A stretch of DNA of 64,000 nt from Lytechinus pictus (lineage: Eukaryota): assembly GCF_037042905.1 (NCBI RefSeq), contig NC_087263.1, positions 10,294,001 to 10,358,000 on the forward strand. Direction: 5' to 3'. Below are positions 27,004 through 37,700 of the stretch, one piece after another (position 1 is the stretch's first letter; every line of letters begins with the position of its first letter). The translations under genes and the position numbers were made by a program. The notes beneath the pieces were generated by a model. The model was not told where the DNA came from, ran no database searches, and saw only the letters and a list, made by a program, of their open reading frames with translations.

Positions 27004-27535
27004 CTATGATGATGATGGTGATGATGATGATGATGATGAAGATGTTTATGATGATGATGATAATGATGATGACTATGATGATGGTGATGATGATGATGAT
27101 AATGATGATGATGATGACTATAATGATGATGGTAATGATGATGATGATGACGATGATGATGATAATGACGACAATGATGATGATGATAATGAAGATGTTG
27201 ATGATGATGGTACTGATTATAATAATGATAGTAATCAGAACAATATTTTTTAAAGGCTGAATAATCAGTGAGGTGTAACAGTTATTACACTTATATGCAA
27301 TTGAAATCTAAGACTGATAGTCCAATATAAATCCAATCATTGAGCTTTCAAGTCTTGACAGGCTTTGAGTTTTACTGTAAAATATTGAATTTCCTTGACG
27401 ATTCCTTTCCTGAAATCAGATGTGAGCACCTCAAAGGACGTAAGACCGTTCTCCCTAGATCGTAAACAACATTCCAAATTCTTCACCACAAATTACCTGT
27501 GGGACCTGGTTGAAGCAGCGATGGAAGCAAAATGA
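21817..27535 (+). CDS. SPC24: Kinetochore protein Spc24 (NDC80 complex). Exons 21817-22003, 23263-23404, 25333-25437, 26234-26310, 27420-27535; 208 aa
   Basis: Exons total 627 nt and join in one frame. A coiled-coil N-terminal half is followed by EDTTQVLPKTRYNVSLYSCITGIKWDYDCKPDEIKG...RPFSLDRKQHSKFFTTNYLWDLV, matching the recalled Spc24 C-terminal domain (vertebrate EDTTVTIPSAVYVAQLY...IEWDYEC...FISDYLWSLV). Introns 2 and 4 carry U12-type signals. Confidence 0.92.
22024..22700 (+). repeat. Degenerate (GAT/GGT)n microsatellite in SPC24 intron 1
   Basis: Directly visible. Confidence 0.95.
23405..25332 (+). other. U12-type AT-AC intron (SPC24 intron 2)
   Basis: 5' site ATATCCTTTT at 23405; branch-like TCCTTGAT at 25306-25313; ends CAC at 25332. 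Only the AC end keeps the frame; the adjacent AG gives a stop within 7 codons. Confidence 0.9.
23862..24178 (+). mobile_element. 3' fragment of an L2-type LINE with (ATT)n tail, nested in a palindromic MITE (about 23845-24318)
   Basis: YISDLL...HLRSS...LQVP...P.LWNKLPLNIR remnant followed by GCTATATAAATG(ATT)n. Confidence 0.75.
25487..25600. mobile_element. 114-bp palindromic hAT-like MITE
   Basis: CAG...CTG ends, self-complementary arms, 8-bp TSD CTCAGAAC/CGCAGAAC. Confidence 0.8.
25858..26138 (+). mobile_element. tRNA-derived SINE
   Basis: A box (TGGTTTAGTGG), B-box-like GGTTTGAATTC, core CACTCAACTCAGATGAGGTGAATGGGTA, (TTA)n tail; same family as 28615-28875. Confidence 0.8.
26311..27419 (+). 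other. U12-type GT-AG intron (SPC24 intron 4)
   Basis: 5' site GTATCCTAT; U12 branch consensus TTCCTTGAC at 27391-27399, about 20 nt before the CAG; frame preserved. Confidence 0.85.
26323..27235 (+). repeat. (GAT)n microsatellite filling SPC24 intron 4
   Basis: Directly visible. Confidence 0.95.
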
Positions 27536-28614
27536 TTACTTGCTGGGGGAGATTAGAATGAAGTCCCCCATTCTGCGATACGAAAACAGAAAAACTTTAT
27601 GGTATTTGGGAAGAACAAAGATTTCACAAAATTCATGGTAAACACAATAGACCAGCTCGAAGTTACCTCCTGGGCAAGTTTTTTCCACGTAGGATAGGCA
27701 AATTTTCAAGCAAGATATTATGTAAGTCTGCCTGACATAGCAGCATTCAGAAATTGCATAGACCAGGGTCTCGTTCCGTAGCTTTTCACTGTTATTGCAA
27801 ATTTGTTACTAATCCAAGTTTTATGAAATGGACCCCAGGGTCCCGTAACACAAAGAAGAGCGATTAATCATACCTGTACGCCTGATTTTTTACGAGTGAT
27901 TGTACGTTGTAGTCAATGGAATCGATCGTAGAAAAATGTTCTACGGTCATTGCGAAGCTTTGTGTTACGGTCCCCAGGTGACCAGAAAAACACATCAATG
28001 AACTTTTCATTAAGTAATTTTTTTTGCATCTATGTGGAATGTACTATTAGCATGTTGCTATTACAATGTACATGTACTTGGCCGACTGTTAATTACCAGT
28101 TACTAATGGACGCATTGTTGCTTTCCAGTGGATGTAAATAAAAAGCACAATTCAAAAGAGTATGTGAATAATCAAGACATCAAAGTTAGTGCTTGTCTCA
28201 TTGTATATCAAACCACCGTGCCATTTGAGTACAAATGACCATCTGATCATGAGCCGAATGGAAAATACAAACTGGTCTATTTTTAAGACCCCTAAAAATG
28301 AATTATGAAAAATATAGTAAAATCATGAATTTCAAAGCAAAATCCAATGATCCGAAACCGTACATCAGTAGAAATTCTGATTAAACTGGTTCCATGAAAT
28401 TTGCTCTGGCGACAATTGCTCTGATGGAGAATCTTCATAATAAGCCAAATGTAAAAGATAATCTCCTAAACTAAATAAGCCCTAATCCTTATTTTGTTCT
28501 GAACCAGAAACTATTACATTCCTAACTCTAACCTTATGCCCTCTGAGATATTAAGTCCGGAGCAAATGTCGTGTCACCGATTAAACTTGGCAGTGTTTAG
28601 CATGTGAAAGCGTT

Positions 28615-28875
28615 GTGGAGCGATGTGGCCCAATGGATTAGTCTTGACTTTGAAACAGAGGGACGTGGGTTCGAATCCCAGCCATGGCGTAATTTCCTTC
28701 AGCAAGAAATTTATCCTCATTGTGCAGCACTCAACCCAGGTGAGGTAAATGGGTACCCGGTAGGATTAATTCCTTGAATGCATGAGCGCTGAAAGGCAGC
28801 TAGAGCTAAAGCCGGGGTAATAATTATAACATCGCGCCTCGGAATAGAATATTTCTATATAGATGGCGCTGTATA
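28615..28875 (+). mobile_element. tRNA-derived SINE
   Basis: TGGCCCAATGG A box, GGTTCGAATCCC B box, core CACTCAACCCAGGTGAGGTAAATGGGTACC, (TTA)n tail. Confidence 0.85.
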
Positions 28876-30620
28876 AATGCCTATCATTATTATTAAAGCC
28901 AAGCTTTATCTGCAGAGGTGCAGTGTATATAATTTAGTATATAGAACCTTATGTTTTTACAAGATTTTCACTATTCATTATTGCCTTATCTTAAATTTTG
29001 TATTTGTTACAGTGAAACATGGAATTTCATGTTTATATCATTGAAGAACACAGAATACGCATTTTAGAAAACAGAAAATTGTTGATTTAAGATAAATGCT
29101 TGTTCAGATAAATGGCATAACAGTTCTGCAATTTCATGTTCAGCCTAATGTAACCCTCTTAGAGTGGGGATTTTTTCTTATACAAATCCATGACATTGTA
29201 TTTTGTACCAAATTGGAAGAATAGCAGGGCCCGCTGGGAGAACAGTTTTCGGAACTGCAGCTATCCTGGCTAATATTATTACAATTACTATTATTGTTCC
29301 ATGTCTTAATGCTACCAGGTAACATGGAATATAATTAGAAAAAAAAATGTACTGGAAAAACTGATACTCTTAGGAAGAACTCATGAATTTATTCAGTAAC
29401 AGTTGCTTTTATATTAATAGCCTTACCCCTATGTACAGTTTGTATAGTGTATATGAAATTTATTATGATAAAGACATGTATATTGAATAAAATGTATTTA
29501 GTTTGATTATTATTCCTTTATTCATTACCAAATGTTTAAATTTCAGTCGAACCCCTCTTACGGTATCAATTCTTTTCTTTAACTTATGAACACAGTCTTG
29601 TTTTCATCTACCGGTAGTCACAATTTCACTTATTTCACAAGTTGACCTATAGACAGAGCTCTACCTCCAGTTACTGCAACACACTTATTGGTCAAGAAAA
29701 TACCATGCACATGTTCAAGACAGAGTATGAAATTTGCCAAATATGTGCGCCACAGTTTCATTGCTAAAAGCCAAAAGTGAATGCTGTGAGATTGCACTGG
29801 ACAGAGAAAGATGGAAAACTATGACAACCAAGCTCTTTAAGAGAAAAGGAACAGCAGTAAGGTAGAGGGGGGGTGGGCTGCTTGCTTGCAAGTGACATCA
29901 CAAAACTATAGTTAAATTTTTTTAACTCATTCTTTGATGGAATTTTGCAATACCTAGGTGAATATATTTCTATAATTTGATGGCAAGATAGACTACACCT
30001 TTAAATCGGGTTTGGGAGGTGGAGGGGGGGGGGGGTGGGGATAAAGGAGTATTGACTCAAATGTAAAGGAAGCCACATTACGATCTAGAAAACAAAGAAA
30101 GAACATATGAAAGGAAAGAGGAGAAGGGGAAGAGAGAGAGAGGGAGATGAATATGAAGATACCAGAAGAGAGAGAGAGGGAGATAGATAGATGGAGAAGG
30201 GAAATATAGAATCAGAGGTGAGAAAAAACATGAAAGGAAAGAAGAGAAGGGGAAGAGAAAGTGAAGGAGATGAACATGAAAATAACAGGAGAGAGAGATA
30301 GAGATAAAGATGGATAGAGAGAAAACCCTCATTTGGAAAGCTATCCTTTTGTTATCACTTATTTCTTGGTCAGGTAGGAAAATCCTGTATTATGTAAAAA
30401 GCATTCAGAGCATACCGAGTATATCTGTTAACTGACCCTGACCAGAGGAGCTCAGTCACACATACACACTTCATCTCTCCATACTTCTATCTCTCTGTCT
30501 ATCCATCTTTCTCCCTCTTGACCCCTCTCTCACTCCTATCTCTCTATCCCACTTGATCTCTTTTCTCACCCTCCCTCTATCTACTGTTCTATCTCTCTCT
30601 CTGTCTATCCATCTCTTTAA

Positions 30621-31387
30621 CCCTCAATCTCCCGGGGTATTTTGATTCTTGTCAATCCCGGGGGGGGGGGGCCATTATGGCCCCCCCTTAAGATCTCAGC
30701 CGCCGATTGCGCGAGCGACGCAAAAATTTGCACACTGGTAGTGTGCGATGTAATCTACAAGGCTGTATGGTAAAATTTTCCAAAATAATGAGATTTTATT
30801 TTATATGAATTAATTATGCTAATTTATGCATAAATCATACTTTTTGCTATAATTCACTAAATAAAGCTCCTAGAATGCTAATTTTTGGTAAAAAAATTCT
30901 TTGTAGCAATCTTAACAATCGCAATTAAAAAAACTTCGGTTCGGAAATCAATTTCTTATGTATTTTATTGTTTTATGAATTTCTTATGTATTTCTTTGTT
31001 TTTTTACTTTTTGTTTTTTATTGTTTTTTTCAATGGAAATCATTCCAGACTTAGTTCTGATCATAAACAAGGCAAAATTAATTCAGTTTAATCAGTAAAA
31101 GTAGAAATAATGATACATTTATGAATTTTGGCTAAATACACAATTTGCATTGGATTTGTACATGAAATCACGTTTATGAGCAATTTTGGGTCTGACATGC
31201 ACTTACATAATGTTGCGTAATGTAGTAACCGTGCACCCGGGCGTCACAAATTTGGTCTCAAAATTTGCGCGAGACATGAAAGTAAAAAGTCAGTGAGCGG
31301 CGAGGTCAAAAAAAATTGCGCAGCAGATATATCGCGAAAATTGTCAAGGGGGGGGCCATTATGGCCCCCCCCCCGGGAGAATTAGGG
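30621..31387. mobile_element. piggyBac-like MITE
   Basis: TTAA|CCCT..TCTCCCGGGG ... CCCCGGGAGAATTAGGG|TTAA; subterminal palindromes GGGGGGCCATTATGGCCCCCC. Confidence 0.85.
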
Positions 31388-33574
31388 TTAATATTTCTCT
31401 AGAGCTCTCTCTATACCCTCCTAACTTTATCTAATCTATCTATCTGTTTGTCCTTCTCTATTTCTCTCTCCCTCCCTCTCTCAGCCCTCCTCTCTCTCTC
31501 TCTATACCTATAATTCTGTCCGTCTCTATTTCTCTCTCCCTCTAACTTTCTAAATATCTATCTCTGTCTATACATCTCTCTCTCTCTTCTCTACCTACTT
31601 CTCTCTCAGATTGCAGCTACATACTGCGCTCGTTTTCATTCCGACATATTCAACATTTTGAGGTAGATTGTTTTCTGTTTGAATTAAAGGGATTACAACG
31701 AACATTACAAAATACAGCTTCCAGAATATATGAATCTGAGAGCAGAAAACAGTTTATTATATTCTATATACCTCAACATTATGAGACTCTTACTTAGGCC
31801 CGTATTCTGAATTCAAACTTTTGTCTAAAGTTGAGGTTTAAACTATGGATAGCCAATTGTGAGGGGTATCTCTGACAGTGCACAAGCTCAATTTTTAACT
31901 CAAATCATTCATAACTGACTGAGAATAATTACTGAAAATCTGAAATAGTTCTCTTCACCATTAAAACATGAGAAAGGAGCCTAGAATAGATAGCCCACTT
32001 ATAATGTAAATGCAATGTTTGAAATTGTTGGCTTCCCATAATTTCCAAGCAGAGTTTCATAGACAATGGCCTATTAAAATCAAAACAGAGTTCAGAATAG
32101 GGGCCTAACAGTATAGTCCAGGATAGTTAAGACTAGACTTCCAATAGGCTTCCCATAATTTCCAAGCAGAGTTAGACCATGGCCTAAATTCAAACAGACT
32201 TCAGAATAAGGGCCTAACAGTACAGTCCAGACTAGACTTACTCTAGTCATTTGCTATCATCATTGAGTAATCTAATCATCAACAAGTGGATTATATATAT
32301 AAAATGAACTCTCTCAAGTTTTGTCTTGTGCCTTTATTAATTACGCTGCCTGAAACAAAGACCTAGGGAGGATTTCATGAAACACATAGTAAATGATTTT
32401 CTCTGGCTATTTGTTAAAAGCCACTGAAATCCTTGGATCTGATTGGCCGAGAGCAAATTGGCAGGATGCTCCCTGAAACACTCCCCTAGATTGGACACAA
32501 GTCCTACGGCCCACAATATATAAAGGATGTACAATTATGGTTACTATAATAATGGAAAGCAGAATTGTGATTGGCTGCTGAGCCCTGTTACCATGGCAAC
32601 TGCCATAATGTCCTATTTCATTGCATAATCTGAGGTCCTTTATCAAATGGCTTTGATTTCCGAGGAACACATTGAAGTTTTAAGTGCATATCGGCTCCCA
32701 GTTTGCTCAAAAATGTGATTTTATGTACAAATTCGGTTTTTAGTCAAAATTCATAAATCCATCATTATTTTTCATTTTACTAGTTAAAATCAATTAATTT
32801 CACATTGTTTAGGGTTTGGAATAATATATAGGATTAATTAAAACAGGCTAGCTGGAAGACTAAAGGCATGATAATCCATGGTTCACCTCTTCATTGCTAT
32901 TGAACAAAGTGCAGATGGACAGAAATTTCAGCTAACAAAGGAACATACAGTAGGCTCTTCTGTACGTGTACATGGAGGACTTACGGAGAAATAGAATGCC
33001 TAGCATTTGAGACTTGTGAGATTAAAAATATCAAAAGTCTACATAATCTGATATCTATGAAAAAATAATTTTAAAAACTCACTAACCAAGTAATATAGAC
33101 AACCCAACAATAAACATTACAGACAAAAATATCAGGAGGGGGTAGGTGGGGTTTGCGGGCCCTTTCTAACTGAGGAGGCTCCCCCCCCCCCCACAAAATT
33201 TTAAATTAAAAATGTCACAAACGCTTTCCATAGTATGAATACACATCTAATACATTAATTCTCTACATACAAAACAGAATGATAAAACTTTTATAGCCTA
33301 ATTCTACCAAGAATAATTTGTTTGCTTCCCTTACAAACAGGATGCATACATGTATAGGCTCATGTTTAGTCATAATTCTTACCATTCAGAATACTTGCTT
33401 GAAAAGATTAACTAAAATTTCATAAAGCACTCGAGGCTTCCCCCACGACTTACTACTTTTGATTCCACACAGTTTACAAACACATTTCTTATATACAATA
33501 ACAGCTATACAATATTTACATAAATCTATAGCCAGAGCATACTTTTTTGCGCATATGTGTTTAAACAACAGCAA

Positions 33575-34067
33575 GCACATTGAAGTATGCATGATAAAAG
33601 ATGCATTTGTTGTTAATTCAAATGTACATTTGTACAATACACGGCAGAAAAATCTTATCCACCAACCACTTACAAGAACAAATACTGCTTTGAATTCTTT
33701 TGTGATAGTTTGTACAAAAGAATGGAATAAGTTACCACAAAGCTTTAGATCCAGTCCAACACTGCCCATATTTAAAAATTCATGTCGAAAATATTTATCT
33801 GAAAGATTACAAAATATCCTAAATTGATTCTTGATAAACCATGTGTGTGTGTGTGTGTTTTTGTATGTATTTTTCTTATTTACTCTCTAGATTATCATTG
33901 TAATTTTTTTTTTCCATCTCATTATTGTTGTAATGTAATACAAGGGGCTCCTCTCACAAGCTCTGCTTCTTTGGGGTCCCAAACCTATCATGTATTCTCA
34001 TTTTTGTTAAACTGTGTAATATGTATCTTGTTTTGATTGTCTTAAATAAACTTGAACTTGAAACTTG
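33575..34067 (+). mobile_element. 3' fragment of a CR1/L2-group LINE
   Basis: VHLYNTRQKN...NSF...WNKLP...FK terminus, then 3' UTR with AATAAA and (CTTGAA)n tail. Confidence 0.8.
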
Positions 34068-34753
34068 TAACAAGTAGTGTTGGATTCAGGCATGGTCATA
34101 TGGGACATCAGCCCTGTAAATGTTTTCAAAATCACTGACTGACATACATACTGATATATATATATATAGCTACATCTAAGAAAATTTCAACTTTAAAATT
34201 TTCCCTTTGCGCACCCTCTGGTTTGAAATCCTCTATCCGCCTCTGCGTCGATCGAAAGGGGTTCTCAGACCTGTGGCCCATTTCAGGAAGAGTGACGACT
34301 AGTGTAGCTCCTCAAGGTTTACCATGGTGGTTGCTATATTGGCAAAGTTACAATACATGTAGTTGCAACTCTTTATGGAACAGTCCCCAAGATAATGAAA
34401 AGCAGATGATATTAGCTGTACAAGTCTCTTCCAAATAGAATATCTACTATGAACAGATTTATCTGAATTCAAAAGATGCGACTCAGATGGACTCACTGTG
34501 GAACCATTTCGTGAAACACATATTCAGTGATTTTTCACTGACTGTTTGTTATAAGCTACAGAAATCCTTGCATCTGATTGGCTCAGAGCAAATTTGTCAG
34601 TGAGAGTCACTGTCAAGATGTTTCATGAAACAATCCCCAGTACTCTATATACTTGTCCAGAAAGCCTACAGTTAAATAAAACATTTCTGTAAACCATAGA
34701 CTCTTGGATGGTTGCCAGTTTAAGGATCACTGCTAATTTGAGGATCATTCTCA

Positions 34754-37700
34754 TCATCTAAGGTGATGCATGATGGGGGAGTTCCAGACAGCCGAGCTTG
34801 TACGTTTGGTGAAGCGCGCCCTCTTTTTGACGAACATGACGCTGAGGTCGGGAGGTTCAACGATGGGGAACAGAGACTGGAAGTCGGGTGGATGGTTGTG
34901 CTGGTTAATGAGTGCTATCTTCAAAGCTCCACCTGAACATTAAAAAAAAAGAGAACAATGCAATGATAATAAAGGCAAATCACTGTTCAGCTTTTCAGGT
35001 CATTCCCCAGGTCCTGTCCAGTCAAGGGTACAAGTTCATTCTTTATTTTTTTTTTTTAGGTCATTTACACAAGTCCTTTCCAGTCTAGGGTACAAGATCT
35101 GCCTTCATCTTTTCGGCTCATTGCTTCATCTGATCCTCCCTGTAGTTGCACATGATATTTTCCATCCCTATTATAGCCCAACTTTAGCAGGACCAGGGGC
35201 CCATTTCATAAAACTTGTCATAGTAACAAATTTTCAATAACAGTTTAAAACTTCTGAAATCCATCCATCTGATTGGCTGATAGTAAACTATTTGTTCTTA
35301 TACCAAGTCTTTACAAAACGGGACCAGGTAGGCCATGCCTATGGCCTCACTTGCATGTGGAGCAATAAGCTGGGTCCATAGGAGAGCTTAATGTAGTGAG
35401 AATTTAGTCAGTCAACCAAACAACTACCGTACATACCAAAAATCTGAGCCGTATCATTTAGTAGGACATCTCAACTGAATTTTAACCAGGGTTTATTAGA
35501 CCAAGTTTCCAGGAAGGGGGGGGGGTGGGTGGTTGTCAATTGATCCCCCTTCAGATCTTGGCAGAGAAAGGTGTCACAAACTTGACAGATTTTCTGTTTG
35601 GTCACATCCCACATTCGTTCATCTAAAACCAGCTTGTCTGGTAACACAAGGCGCACACTACGCATTCTGACACGACACGAGTTCTTTATAAATTGCATTT
35701 GGCATACGTGAAGGTTTCAAAAAGTATAATTATTTTATATGAAGTTTGGCACAGATTACGATTTGGAATTGCATTTGCTTTTATTCTTAAAAGGGAAGCT
35801 TGAAATAGATAGAATTTTGACTTCAGTAGTCCTACCACTATTCTAAACTCTAATTACTATAATTTTATTAGTTGGAATGTTCATTATCAAATTCTATCAC
35901 AATTTTCAGAAAATTCGGATCGCAGCGAATCGTACAGTGAGCACCAAGATTGACATTGTATCGTCTCAATGGGCTGTGGACTTGAAAATGAGAGCATTTT
36001 ACCTTGAGCCCAGCTTGGTATCTTCTTTCTTGGTGCTTCTTCATCATCACTGCTGTCATCGCTATGAAGATCATCAATACCATAGTTATCAGCTGAGGCT
36101 GCCACATAGATCCTGTTCAAAAGAATGGGCAAAGGTCAAACCTTGGTTTTTCAAAATAACACTAGTTCATATTGGATTCGATATACCATTAAGGTGCTTT
36201 ATTAACGCATGTTTGAAAGAGTTTTGTGATAATACTATGTAATGTACAGTTCATTTGATACAATGTCTCATATGGCAAAGTCATGGGGAGTGTTTCATAA
36301 GTCATCTGGCCAGTGATTTTCGCTGATTAATGATGTTCTGATCCAATCAGAAGCAATGATTTCAGTAGCTTATGACAAGGAGGGAGGGACAGAGGGATAA
36401 GAAGAGAAGGAAGGGACACTCACCACATGGTCTACTTTCATTCATCTAATGCCATTCCGTCTAATTACCAGTTGGTCCAATAGCCATTTAGTCCATAAAC
36501 CATTTGGTCTAATTGGACAAAGTGTTGAATTGTGCAAAATGAATGAAATGAAATGGATATTAGACCAATTTGTTATGAGACGAAATGGTGATTAGACGAA
36601 GTGATGATTGGACCAAATGGTTGTTAGACGAAATGTTGATGGACAGAATGGGATTAGACTAAATGAAAGTAGACCATGTAGTGAGTGGACGAGTTGGCAA
36701 TTTACCGATTTATCTCCTACATTTTCTCATACTGCCATGGGGCAAGTTTCATAAAGCATATGTACAATAATTTCCACTTATCAATACGTTCTGAGCCAAT
36801 CAGAAGCTAGGATTTCAGTAGCTTGTATAAATCGTCGGTTAAAATTGCTGGGGGAGAAGAGGGGGATAATGGAGAGCAGGAAAGAAGGATCGGATGGAAG
36901 GAAAGGGCGGATTGGGGGAACAGATTAATGAAAGGGATTGATGGATGGTGGGAGGGGGGGGAGGGGAGGGCAGGTGGAAAAAAGGGAGGGATTCGAGAGA
37001 GGGGAGAGAGGAGAGACAGGACAAAGTGATAAAGGAATAAAAAAATAATAATAAGAGGGAGGGGATAGATAATAACAATAAGCAACATTTATATAGCGTT
37101 GAATACAAATGTTTCTAAGCGCTGCATACTATTACCCCGGCTTTAGCACGGCTATCCTGACCGGACGCTCGAGCATTCAAGGAATTGCTTCCTACCGGGT
37201 ACCCATTTACTACACCTGGGTGGTGTGTGGCAAATGTAGATAAACGTCTTGCCAAAGGACCCGAGTGCTGCGGTGGGGTTTGAACCCCGGACCTCGTGGT
37301 TCAAAGTCCCGAGACTTATCCACTGAGCCACAACACCTCTACAAAACTATTATCACATACCTTTGTGGTGTCAGATCGTACGACTGCGGGGAGTTCTCCA
37401 CCTTCTCCTTGTTGAAGGTGGAATTGAGGGCGCTAGTGTTATGTTGTTGGTTGATGGACGTGTTCTGTTTGAGAATGTTTGCTTTCAGCCTATCATGCTC
37501 CTTCTTAGCCTTCTCCTTCTCCATCATCTCCTGCAAATAAGACAATAGTATACAAATGATACACATCATCAAGGTCATTGGTTAGAATTATATACCTCAT
37601 AATAATAATATTCCGCATTTATACAGCGCTTAACACATCGGAACGACATCTCTAAGCGCTTTACAGATATATTATTACCCCGGTCATCGGATCCTTGCAA

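Noticed and set aside
26309..27260. Long poly-D and poly-M ORFs
   Set aside because: Microsatellite inside SPC24 intron 4.
28615..28690. tRNA gene
   Set aside because: A and B boxes are present but it continues into a SINE body and tail, with no intact cloverleaf.
36420..36707. CRISPR-like short repeats (TTAGAC.AA) with spacers
   Set aside because: Eukaryotic intron; degenerate subterminal repeats within inverted ends of a MITE; no cas genes.
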